A DNA stretch of 32,000 bases. Source: Psychrobacter cryohalolentis K5. Lineage in GTDB: Bacteria > Pseudomonadota > Gammaproteobacteria > Pseudomonadales > Moraxellaceae. Position numbers and translations under genes: made by a program. Under the pieces are notes generated by a model. It was not told where the DNA came from and searched no databases. It saw only the letters and a list, made by a program, of their open reading frames with translations. Shown piece by piece: positions 8,788 through 17,641 of the stretch. Numbering within the stretch: position 1 is the first letter of the stretch; every line of letters starts with the position of its first letter. The stretch covers positions 2,790,001 through 2,822,000 of the forward strand of contig NC_007969.1 in NCBI RefSeq assembly GCF_000013905.1, written 5' to 3'.

Positions 8788-10127
8788 ATGTCGCTACGTG
8801 CCTTTTTTTCTCGCCTATTTTCGTCGCACTCAACTGGTCATCGTTCAGACAATGGCTTAGGCAATCATCAGTTAAATAATGAAAAGGCAAATAGCACATT
8901 GAATAAACCATCGAATCGTAAGCCACTAAAAACTAAGCCGACCAAACCCAAGTGGCGATATTATTTGCTGCAATTTTTTATTGCGCTAACGCTGTTACTG
9001 TCAGCGGTTTGGCTATTGCTAGCGATTTGGTATCAATTCGGTGGTCAATCAGTTATCGCGTGGTTCACAACCATTACTGTCATTGGACTACTGGCAGCAC
9101 TACTTGCTATTCACTTGCGGACAAGCATGGCTGAGACACTGATAAACAGGCTCACTGGCATAAGGAAAGTGAATAGTAAACGTATTTCTGCAAAGACTGT
9201 TGTTAAAAGCCTTATAGCCACTTATACGGCATTTTGGCTAATCGGTCTTGGCTGGTTTTTCTCTATTGAAGCAGAGCAATCACGTGACTGGATGCCAGAA
9301 GTCTCTGAAAGAGTCACTTATAGGCGCGATCCTAGCAATCCTGATCTGATTACACTCACCAATGTACGAAATTTTGATTGGCATACCGACACAGAAGCGA
9401 CAGAGCGCTGGGAGACGCGCACGATTGATATGTCTAAACTATCGGGTATCGATGTGAGTAATTCGTATTGGATGGGACCACTGATTGCTCATACTTTGGT
9501 GAGCTTTCGGTTTGAAGATGAGCGCCCGCTTGCCTTTTCATTTGAGATTCGTAAAGAGAATGGCGAATCGTTTTCGGCATTGGCAGGATTTTTTAGACGT
9601 TTTGAATTGAGCCTGATTGCCGCTGAAGAGCGCGATATTATATACACACGTACTAACGCGCGCGGCGAGCAAGTCTATTTCCCATTAGCCATCTACAGCA
9701 GCATGAAGTCAAAGCATTGTTTGAGTCATATTTGACAGCCGCTGATGAGCTCAATGCCAAGCCTGCTTGGTACAACACTTTAACCAGCAACTGTACCAAT
9801 ATTATCTTTTATATGGCGCGTCTGGTCAGTGATGATCGTCTGCCATGGGACTACAGGATTTGGGTCTCTGGTTGGTTGCCCAATTATCTTTATGATGCCG
9901 GTATGTTAGACGCCAATCCCGAAAATAGAGGACAACCTTGGTCGATGGATACCTGGTATGAGCGCACCCATATCAATCCAAAGGTTAAAGGATTTCAGAA
10001 TAGCAACGATATTCATGGCAGCGAATTTTCACGGCAAATTCGACAAAGCATTCCTATTCCGCCATTGGCTGATTCGCAAAATATTGCCGAAGCAAATGCT
10101 AAATCTGCCGCTCAAGCTTCACATTGA
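8788..10127 (+). pseudogene. DUF4105 / Lnb N-terminal-periplasmic-domain-like membrane protein, reading frame interrupted (-1 change near 9678-9684)
   Basis: Two overlapping ORFs (8701..9735 and 9717..10127) read as one protein. The first has TM helices followed by LTNVRNFDW...AHTLVSFRF...SFEIRKE...ERDIIYTRTNARGEQVYF. The second continues PISHLQQHEVKALFESYLTAADELNAKPAWYNTLTSNCTNIIF. I recognise this pattern as the DUF4105 family from memory; I have not searched it. The two frames overlap only in 9657-9735. Confidence 0.6.
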
Positions 10128-10171
10128 TATCGCTTCTATTAAATGTTTTGACAACCAAGAGTTAGAGATTG

Positions 10172-10735
10172 TTAAGGCTTTACCCAATTTACCACGCGCG
10201 TTTCCATCTCTTCATCATCCATACCGATCTCAGTCACGCAGCGCCCTGCTACGCCGACATTGGCAGCGCGCATTTGTTGCTTGGTTGCCACTGCATTTTG
10301 GGTCAATAATAAATGCCAATTTGGCAAGCTTTGCCCTTTATATAAGCGTTTATAGGCACAGTGCGACGGTAGCCACATCATATTTGGCAGATTATCAATC
10401 GTCAGCTGAATGCAATCTGGCACATGCTCTTGGCGTGTCGAATAATGCGTGCAATAGCCGGTCGCACAGTCCATTAGCTGGCAAGTTACATCGGTATATT
10501 CAACCAAATCTTCATCAACATTACCCTGCTCGTCCTCATCAATATATTTAATCAAGCAACAGCTACCGCAGCCATCACATAAGGCTTCCCATTCGCTAGG
10601 GTTTAATTTTGCTAGCGTATAGCGTGACCAAAACTGCGGGCGCAGTGATTCAGTCGAGCCACCTTCAAATAATAAAGGCGTGTCCGTAGCAGCTCTTAAG
10701 TGGGATTTATCGTTATTTAACAAATTTAGGGTCAT
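10172..10735 (-). CDS. ycgN: YcgN-family (UPF0260) cysteine-cluster protein
   Basis: The WEALCDGCGSCCLIKYIDEDE... motif plus a second Cys cluster (VTCQLMDCATGYCTHY) matches E. coli YcgN as I remember it. The N-terminal extension makes it 187 aa. Confidence 0.8.
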   Translation of the reverse strand: MTLNLLNNDKSHLRAATDTPLLFEGGSTESLRPQFWSRYTLAKLNPSEWEALCDGCGSCCLIKYIDEDEQGNVDEDLVEYTDVTCQLMDCATGYCTHYSTRQEHVPDCIQLTIDNLPNMMWLPSHCAYKRLYKGQSLPNWHLLLTQNAVATKQQMRAANVGVAGRCVTEIGMDDEEMETRVVNWVKP

Positions 10736-10895
10736 AAAACTGCCGTATCATTTTGACAAAGAGCGTTACAGTATTATAGCTGTTTTTGACTAAGTTGGGC
10801 GTTATGGTAGTAAAGGTCAGCAAATAGATCACTCAAAAAATACAGATATCTGATACTTATAACGTAAATTTCATTACCTAAAAAAGGACAATACT

Positions 10896-11633
10896 ATGTC
10901 AATTAAGACGTTTGAATTAATCAGTACCACTGAAAATGGTATTCAATTGATTAGCTATGTCGCATTACCAGAAAATGCGACAGATGATAATCCTGTCGCT
11001 GGCATTTTGGTCGCGCCCGAATGGTGGGGCGTAGTCGAGCATCCAAAGAATGTCACTGAACGCTTAGCAAAAGCAGGCTACGCCGCGGTCGCTATGGACG
11101 TATACGGTGAAGGTAAACTGACTTCTGATGCTGCACAAGCAAATCTGTGGATGGAGCAAGTATTAGCCGATCAAGATATGCTGATGGCGCGCTGCCGTTT
11201 GATTCTCAATGACTTTAGTGATCAACTAGCCGTTGATAGCGATAAGTTAGGTGCAATTGGCTATTGCTTTGGTGGCAAAATCGTCCTTGATATGGCGCGC
11301 GAAGGTATGCCCTTAAAAGCAGTCGCTACTTTCCACGGCAACCCATCACCGAAGCAGCCTGCCAATGAGCAGTTCACTGCTAAAGTATTGGTTGCTCATG
11401 GTCGTGATGACTCTATGGTATCTATGGATGCGATAGAAGGTCTTAAGTCAGAGCTAGATGCGGCGAACGTTGATTACACTATTGATGTTTATGATGGTGC
11501 TAAGCATGGCTTTACCAATCCAAATGCGGATGAGCGCGCTGCTAAAAATGATGTTGATCTTGGTTATAACGAAACGGCGGCCAAACAGAGCTGGGACAAT
11601 ATGCTGGAGTTTATGAAAGACAATTTGGCATAA
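10896..11633 (+). CDS. Dienelactone hydrolase family protein (carboxymethylenebutenolidase-like alpha/beta hydrolase)
   Basis: 245 aa. The nucleophile elbow GYCFGG is the Cys type typical of DLH, and DD...H is present near the C-terminus (HGRDD, AKHGF). AAGGA SD precedes the ATG. Confidence 0.8.
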   Translation: MSIKTFELISTTENGIQLISYVALPENATDDNPVAGILVAPEWWGVVEHPKNVTERLAKAGYAAVAMDVYGEGKLTSDAAQANLWMEQVLADQDMLMARCRLILNDFSDQLAVDSDKLGAIGYCFGGKIVLDMAREGMPLKAVATFHGNPSPKQPANEQFTAKVLVAHGRDDSMVSMDAIEGLKSELDAANVDYTIDVYDGAKHGFTNPNADERAAKNDVDLGYNETAAKQSWDNMLEFMKDNLA

Positions 11634-11659
11634 TAGCTTTTTATACTACTTTGACATTC

Positions 11660-11704
11660 AATAAGCTTATTTAAGCCCTTTCAATTTCGTTGAATAAGCT
11701 CATT
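11660..11704. promoter_or_regulatory. Two copies of a 12-bp palindrome AATAAGCTYATT, 33 bp centre to centre (operator-like)
   Basis: aataagcttatt (11660-11671) is a perfect palindrome. aataagctcatt (11693-11704) has one mismatch. The shared flanks give TTSAATAAGCTYATTT. A TTGACA hexamer lies at 11651-11656. The motifs sit between the DLH stop and the DUF2339 gene start. Confidence 0.4.
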
Positions 11705-11786
11705 TGTGGCGTGTTGGGCGCGTCACTCTTGTGCTTACAATCAAATAGCGTCATTATCACTCAATGGACGGACAGATTGAGTGGGA

Positions 11787-14700
11787 ATGATGCTATATTT
11801 TTTGATGGGTTCTTTAGGTTGGCTGGTTGTAATTACTTTAATAGTAATTATGATTGCCCTTTATATTAGGCTGCATCAGCAATTGGCACAACTGCGTCAA
11901 GACATGGCGCAGCTAAAGAGCGAGCTTGAGCAGCAAAAGAATAGTACCACTACTATAGAAGATACTGCTGTAAAAAGTATCTTTGACATCGAATTATCTG
12001 GGGATGATGCATTGTCATCAACAGAAAAATCAATGCCGCCCCCATTACCACTTAGTGCTTTATCCTCTAATCCTCTATCAAATAACTTTGTATCAACATC
12101 TGCAAAACAATCATCAGTTTCCAATAGCCAGCTTTTGATCGATAAAGCCGCTAATGCGCCGATAGAACCTGACGAGCGCTCATTTCCTATTGTTACCTCA
12201 CTTCTTCATTCGATTCAAAACTGGTTTTTGGGTGGCAACCTAGTAGTGCGTGTTGGAGTATTGGTTTTACTGATCGGCGTGGTTCTACTGCTGCGCTTAC
12301 TAAGTGACTTAATCCAAGTGCCTATTAGCGTCAAGCTAACAGTCATTATTATCCTAGGATTAGGGCTGGCAGGATTAGGCTTAAAGCTAGCGGCAAAACG
12401 CTTTGCGTATGGTATTAGCTTGCAAGGTACTGGCTTAGCCATTGCTTATTTGACCACATTTTTTGCCTATAGGGTCTATCAGGTGATTGGTAGTCTGCCA
12501 AGCTTTATAGCGCTTGGCATATTATCAGCAGTCACGGTCGCTTTAGCGGTACGCCAAAACGCTTTTCCTTTGGCATTATTAGCATTATCCGGTGGATTTT
12601 TTGCACCGATTTTGACCAGTCAAGATACTGGCAGCTTAACGATACTCTTTAGCTATTACTTGTTATTAAATATTACCATTGCCATTATTGCCCATTATCG
12701 CCCATGGAAGGTGCTCAATTTATTTGGCGCGAGCGTCACATTTGGTTTGGCATACTACTGGGGATTGACTGAAAATTTAGCGGTAATTATTGATAATCAG
12801 CGTTGGACGTTGGTATTACTCGTCGCGCTACATGTACTGCTGTATCTATTCGTCGTCATTCGCTATGCACAGCAAATCATTGCTTACAATGATACTATTT
12901 CTTATGACAATAGTGACGCCACTACCGTTATGGCTACTGATACCGACCAGACTGCTGATATTAAGAGTCAGCATGCCAGCTATGTGTTTCCTATTGATAT
13001 TGGGCTACTGTTCTCTGTACCGCTAATGGCATTTGGTTTATTTTCAGCGTTACTGTACGATATCAATCACGCTTTAACCCTCACTAGCGCAGTTTTAGCC
13101 GTAATTTATTTGGGGCTTGGTTGGACGTTTATTCAGCGCAGTCAGCGTTATGCATTGATTATGGAAGGGATGCTGGCATTAGGCTTTGGCTTTTTAGCAT
13201 TAGTGATTCCGCTGGCATTAAATGCAGAATGGATTGCCTTCGGCTGGTCGGTTCAAGGATTAGCATTGGTATGGTTTGGCAGGCGTTCTCTTCGTGCATG
13301 GTCAGTATTATTGGGTTTAGTATTGCAGCTAATTAGCATTGGTATGTTATCAAATACCTTTGTCATTACCCTTGATTACTATCCAACGCTCGCATTAACC
13401 ATTTCTGCCATCAGTGCAATTGCCAGCGTCTTTATCTTACGTGCCAGCAATTCGCCTATTTCATTACCTATTTCATTACCTATTTCATTACCTATTTCAT
13501 CGCCTATGACAGCGACGCAAGGCTCAATGCCATCTGTCCACGATTATGAAAATCAGCTTAACGCCAATAATACGCTGTCCGAATACGGCAAAGCGTTAGG
13601 CATTAGCGAGACAGCAACTCAGCAATGGTTTGAAAGTATCAACAACCAAAGTATCGCGTTTAAAATCATTTGGCAACGTCCTTCTTTGATACGGCTGTTA
13701 ACGCTCACTGCGGTGGGTTGGCTGCTGTATGTGTTAGTCCTCGATTTTGACCAATGGCTTGCCAACTGGCAATTGGCAACATCGACGCTTATTGCCTTAG
13801 CAAGTGTCGTTAGCATGATTATTTATCATTTTATCAATCAATATCGTTCATGGCGAGAAATCAGACAATTTAGCCATAGTATGCTGCTGTTATTTTATGC
13901 GATGCTGATCTTACAACTGCCACAACAATATGAATTTGACTATCAATGGACAGCCTTTTATTGGCCGATATTTACAACGTTGTTCATTGGCTGGCTGATT
14001 CTTGGTCAATTATGGCTAAAGACGTGGCATAACAATGCTAATAACGACAACAATAACGGTGCAAAATTAAAAGGTCACGATAGTGCAAGCTGGCTTGGTA
14101 CTGGCATTATAATTTTGGCTGAGGCTGTACATTATGAATTGCCCGATTCAAAAGGCGTGATGACCATCCTTGTGCCGGTTGCGCTTATGCTAGCTGGGCT
14201 CTGGTTGACGTACCGTCAGCAAAATAATAATCTGACGAAAAATTCATCTTCACCGCCCCCTATGTATTGGTTTGACCGGCAACGTGCACTATTAGGTTGC
14301 GCCAAAATATTTGTGCCATTAACATTGTGCTGGGTCATTTTTACCAATTTCACCTATGATGGCGTGATCTGGGGACTGCCCTATTTGCCCCTGCTTAACT
14401 TGTATGATGTAACGTTGTGGCTGGTGTTGTTTTACGGATTGGGCGTTTATTTATTGCGTCAACGTGGCGCGCACTCGCAAAATCTATTTAGCGCCATTCG
14501 TAAGAGTGACACGTTGTTGATCGTACTAGCGCTGATTAGCTTTTGGATACTCTCTAGTATGCTGGTCAGAACGCTGCACGCTTTTATTAATACACCGCTG
14601 TGGATAGCGGAATTATATGATTACCATACTGGCGGCGCATGGGATAGTGAGCAAGTGCAAACGGGTCTGACGATTTTATGGACGCTACTGGCATTGGTCG

Positions 14701-14924
14701 CCACCATTATCGCCAGTCGTTACCTCCAGCGCGCGCTTTGGTTTATGGGCATTGGTTTATTGGGTATTGTGGTCTTAAAATTGGTCTTAGTTGATTTGTC
14801 ACAGACCGAAGCGATTTGGCGAGTGATTTCTTTCCTTGGTGCGGGTAGCTTGATTTTATTGATTGGTTATTTGGCACCGTTGCCACCAGCGCGTGATGGA
14901 ACAGCAGAACAGGTCGAATCATAG
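11787..14924 (+). CDS. Large polytopic membrane protein, DUF2339-like (about 1045 aa)
   Basis: An N-terminal TM helix is followed by a coiled coil (LHQQLAQLRQDMAQLKSELEQQKN), a Ser/Pro linker and more than 20 hydrophobic segments. This architecture matches what I remember of DUF2339 proteins. The start is uncertain: GTG 11781, ATG 11787 or ATG 11790. Confidence 0.6.
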   Translation: MMLYFLMGSLGWLVVITLIVIMIALYIRLHQQLAQLRQDMAQLKSELEQQKNSTTTIEDTAVKSIFDIELSGDDALSSTEKSMPPPLPLSALSSNPLSNNFVSTSAKQSSVSNSQLLIDKAANAPIEPDERSFPIVTSLLHSIQNWFLGGNLVVRVGVLVLLIGVVLLLRLLSDLIQVPISVKLTVIIILGLGLAGLGLKLAAKRFAYGISLQGTGLAIAYLTTFFAYRVYQVIGSLPSFIALGILSAVTVALAVRQNAFPLALLALSGGFFAPILTSQDTGSLTILFSYYLLLNITIAIIAHYRPWKVLNLFGASVTFGLAYYWGLTENLAVIIDNQRWTLVLLVALHVLLYLFVVIRYAQQIIAYNDTISYDNSDATTVMATDTDQTADIKSQHASYVFPIDIGLLFSVPLMAFGLFSALLYDINHALTLTSAVLAVIYLGLGWTFIQRSQRYALIMEGMLALGFGFLALVIPLALNAEWIAFGWSVQGLALVWFGRRSLRAWSVLLGLVLQLISIGMLSNTFVITLDYYPTLALTISAISAIASVFILRASNSPISLPISLPISLPISSPMTATQGSMPSVHDYENQLNANNTLSEYGKALGISETATQQWFESINNQSIAFKIIWQRPSLIRLLTLTAVGWLLYVLVLDFDQWLANWQLATSTLIALASVVSMIIYHFINQYRSWREIRQFSHSMLLLFYAMLILQLPQQYEFDYQWTAFYWPIFTTLFIGWLILGQLWLKTWHNNANNDNNNGAKLKGHDSASWLGTGIIILAEAVHYELPDSKGVMTILVPVALMLAGLWLTYRQQNNNLTKNSSSPPPMYWFDRQRALLGCAKIFVPLTLCWVIFTNFTYDGVIWGLPYLPLLNLYDVTLWLVLFYGLGVYLLRQRGAHSQNLFSAIRKSDTLLIVLALISFWILSSMLVRTLHAFINTPLWIAELYDYHTGGAWDSEQVQTGLTILWTLLALVATIIASRYLQRALWFMGIGLLGIVVLKLVLVDLSQTEAIWRVISFLGAGSLILLIGYLAPLPPARDGTAEQVES
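13452..13507 (+). repeat. In-frame 12-bp tandem repeat cctatttcatta x3 perfect, plus one variant and a partial copy, encoding (PISL)n
   Basis: Perfect units lie at 13455-13466, 13467-13478 and 13479-13490. A variant cctatttcatcg lies at 13491-13502, followed by the partial cctat. It translates as SPISLPISLPISLPISSPM within the DUF2339 ORF. Confidence 0.9.
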
Positions 14925-15080
14925 TTTCTTATTAGAGCAAATTGAAATTATAGCGTAAGCACTGTTAGCATTATTACTTTTTAGCATCCGTACGTGGCTT
15001 ATGTAGTAAACTGAACACCATGAAAAGTAAATGACGATCGTCTTACTTTGAGCATTTTTTATAAAAGGTTATGAAAGCAG

Positions 15081-16037
15081 ATGGATAAGAGAGTAAGTAT
15101 TCAGTGGTTCCCTGGGCATATGAACAAAGCCCGCAATGAAATCAAAGAAATTATGCCGCAGATGGATGTGGTTATCGAAGTGATTGATGCGCGTATTCCT
15201 TATAGCAGCGAAAACCCGATGGTCGCTGCATTACGCGGTGAAAAACCGGTCATCAAAATCTTAAATAAAGCTGATCTTGCTGATCCTGAGCTGACCCAAG
15301 CGTGGATGGACTATCTTGAGCAGCAAAATGGTGTTAAAGCCATTGCTTGTGATACCGATAAAGCCAATGATGTCAAACGTATCATTGCTATCTGTAAACA
15401 ACTCGTCCCTAATAAAGTCGGTACCGGTCGCCAAATCAAAGCCATGATTATGGGTATTCCAAACGTCGGTAAATCGACTTTGATCAACACTTTGGCTGGG
15501 CGCGCCGTGGCTAGAACAGGTGATGAGCCGGCAGTTACCAAGTCTCAGCAATTGATTAAACTTGATGACGATATTATGCTTTATGACACGCCCGGTATGC
15601 TGTGGCCAAAAGTCGAAAACGAAAACTCTGGCTATCGCTTGGCTGCAACAGGCGGCATTCGTGATACGGCGTTTGATTTTGCGGATGTTGCTGGTTATAC
15701 CGCTGAGTATTTATTAACCGCCTATCCTGAGCTGCTAAAAACCCGCTATAAAATTGAAGAACTGCCTAAGACCGATTGGGAGTTTTTTGAAATAGCGGGT
15801 CGCAATCGCGGCTGCGTGCGCGCGGGTAATAAAGTCGATACCTACCGGATGTCTGAAATCCTAGTTAATGAGCTGCGTAGTGGTAAGATTGGGCGTATCA
15901 CTTTGGAGACGCCTGCTATGACTGAGGCTGAAGAAGTCGTCGTCGCTGAACAACGCATTGCAGCAGAAGAAAAAAGAATCGCTAAAGAAGAAGAGAAACG
16001 CTTACGTCGCCTTAAAACGCGGAAGAATCGGAAGTAG
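15081..16037 (+). CDS. ylqF: Ribosome biogenesis GTPase YlqF/RbgA (circularly permuted GTPase)
   Basis: The N-terminus reads QWFPGHMNKA. The G motifs are permuted: NKADL (G4) comes before GIPNVGKST (G1) and DTPG (G3). The tail is basic and K/E-rich. Confidence 0.9.
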   Translation: MDKRVSIQWFPGHMNKARNEIKEIMPQMDVVIEVIDARIPYSSENPMVAALRGEKPVIKILNKADLADPELTQAWMDYLEQQNGVKAIACDTDKANDVKRIIAICKQLVPNKVGTGRQIKAMIMGIPNVGKSTLINTLAGRAVARTGDEPAVTKSQQLIKLDDDIMLYDTPGMLWPKVENENSGYRLAATGGIRDTAFDFADVAGYTAEYLLTAYPELLKTRYKIEELPKTDWEFFEIAGRNRGCVRAGNKVDTYRMSEILVNELRSGKIGRITLETPAMTEAEEVVVAEQRIAAEEKRIAKEEEKRLRRLKTRKNRK

Positions 16038-16059
16038 ACACTAATTAACATAGCTCGTA

Positions 16060-16085
16060 GGGTGCGCCTAGCGCACCTGTTTTAT
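16060..16085 (+). terminator. Rho-independent terminator after ylqF
   Basis: ggtgcgc (16061-16067) / gcgcacc (16071-16077) with a short loop, followed by tgttttatcttt. Confidence 0.65.
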
Positions 16086-16280
16086 CTTTATAATTCACCT
16101 TTAACTTATCTGAAAATCCTCACAATCTCACTTGGCAAACAATACAGTTAATTGCCATTTTATCCAATGGTGCTCACAACTAAGCTCACCTACTGTTGTC
16201 TTGTATCAATCGTATTACACCCCATAAATAACCTTAATCCCAAATTTTATACATCCCTGTTAAATTTACAAGGAATACTC

Positions 16281-17528
16281 TTGCATACTCAATTTTCTCA
16301 CTCATTAACTTCTTTAGACGCATTCGCCCCGCGCCTCCTCGCTTGGTTCGCCGATAATGGTCGCCATGACCTGCCTTGGCAACAGCACCAGACCGATACG
16401 CCAAATCCTTATATTGTTTGGCTATCAGAAGTCATGCTACAACAGACGCAAGTGACCACCGTGCTGCCCTACTTTGCCCGTTTTATGGACTCCTTTCCGA
16501 CCGTGCAAGATTTAGCAGCAGCAGAATGGGACACCATCGCGGAGCATTGGGCGGGGCTAGGTTACTATGCGCGTGCACGTAATTTGCATAAAGGTGCGAA
16601 GCAATTGGTCGCTGTGATTGACGAGACTGGCGACTTTCCGCAAACCTTGGCAGGTTGGGAAGCGATATCAGGTGTTGGTCCTTCGACCGCTGGGGCGATT
16701 ATGTCAATGGGCTTGCATCGTTATGGCGTCATTTGCGATGGTAATGTTAAACGGGTACTGACACGCTGGGCAGCAATTGATGGCGATATCACTAAGTCCG
16801 CGACGACTAAAGATTTATGGGCATTGGCAGAGCGTCTAACGCCTAGAGAACAATCAGGATTGTTTGCGCAAGCAATGATGGATATGGGTGCAACTTTATG
16901 CACGCGTAGCAAGCCTGCTTGTCTACTATGTCCACTACAAGATGATTGCTTAGCGCATGCGCAAGGTCGTGAAACGGAATATCCAGTGAAGGCTAAGAAA
17001 CAGCCTAAACCGAGTAAATTTAGTAATGCACTGCTTATTGAAAACGAAAATGGCGAAATACTTTGGCTACAGCGCCCTGACAATGGCATTTGGGGCGGAC
17101 TGTGGAGTTTGCCGCTAGCATTTATAGAAAAAATTAGTGGAAAAGTTGCCGTGAAGGATGCTGACAAGAATAAAAATAAGGGACCAATTGCAGCGAATGA
17201 TAATCAGCTTTTAGAAGTAGCTAGTAATGAAAAAATATACGAGACAGAATTTACTACTGCTGAGCAAATTATTAATGAGTGGTTGGATAAGAATAAATTG
17301 AGCGCAAAATCAGTTAGCAACACACTGCTTGATGACGCACCGATTAAACATTCATTGACCCATTTTCATTGGTATTTAACCCCGCAATCGGTAACTTTAA
17401 ACGATAAACAGGTGACTGAGATAACCAAGGCATTGCAAGCAGCTGAAATTAATATTAATTGGTTGAATACTGATGATGCACAGGCAACGCTAGGCTTACC
17501 AAGAGCGATGGTGAAAATTTTAGAATAG
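16281..17528 (+). CDS. mutY: A/G-specific adenine DNA glycosylase MutY
   Basis: The translation shows LPWQ...PY.VWLSEVMLQQTQV.TV.PYF.RFM..FPTV.DLA, GLGYYARARNLHK and the Fe-S cluster C-x6-C-x2-C-x5-C (CTRSKPACLLCPLQDDC). The MutT-like C-terminal domain carries GLWSLP and SLTHFHW. I place the start at TTG 16281, which has AAGGA 6 nt upstream and aligns with the E. coli N-terminus. The upstream ORF extension to 16152 has no homology-like content. Confidence 0.85.
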   Translation: MHTQFSHSLTSLDAFAPRLLAWFADNGRHDLPWQQHQTDTPNPYIVWLSEVMLQQTQVTTVLPYFARFMDSFPTVQDLAAAEWDTIAEHWAGLGYYARARNLHKGAKQLVAVIDETGDFPQTLAGWEAISGVGPSTAGAIMSMGLHRYGVICDGNVKRVLTRWAAIDGDITKSATTKDLWALAERLTPREQSGLFAQAMMDMGATLCTRSKPACLLCPLQDDCLAHAQGRETEYPVKAKKQPKPSKFSNALLIENENGEILWLQRPDNGIWGGLWSLPLAFIEKISGKVAVKDADKNKNKGPIAANDNQLLEVASNEKIYETEFTTAEQIINEWLDKNKLSAKSVSNTLLDDAPIKHSLTHFHWYLTPQSVTLNDKQVTEITKALQAAEININWLNTDDAQATLGLPRAMVKILE

Positions 17529-17583
17529 GATTACATATATAATCATTAAAAAATCCGCTTAAAATAACGATTGTATACGCCAT

Positions 17584-17619
17584 AAAAAAGCGACTCAGAA
17601 TAATTCTAAGTCGCTTTTT
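17584..17619. terminator. Bidirectional rho-independent terminator between convergent mutY and tesB
   Basis: aaaaaa-gcgact-cagaataattctaa-gtcgc-ttttt. The 7-bp outer stem is agcgact / agtcgct, with 4 more inner pairs. Confidence 0.8.
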
Positions 17620-17641
17620 CTATTTATAGCAATATAAAAAC

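Noticed and set aside
9703-9728. Possible frameshift-stimulating hairpin downstream of the T TTC CCA heptamer (atga-ag-tcaaa-gcattg-tttga-g-tcat)
   Set aside because: The stem is short and AU-rich, is interrupted by an internal loop, and starts 19 nt after the heptamer. Known -1 sites have a 5-9 nt spacing. It is not good evidence for programmed frameshifting.
9958-10551. 197-aa + strand ORF running from the end of the DUF4105 gene through the intergenic region and antisense to ycgN
   Set aside because: It lies opposite a well-supported gene with clear YcgN Cys-cluster motifs. The translation is H/R/S/L-rich with no domain-like pattern. It has no SD, and its 5' part overlaps another gene out of frame. 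I treat it as a shadow ORF.
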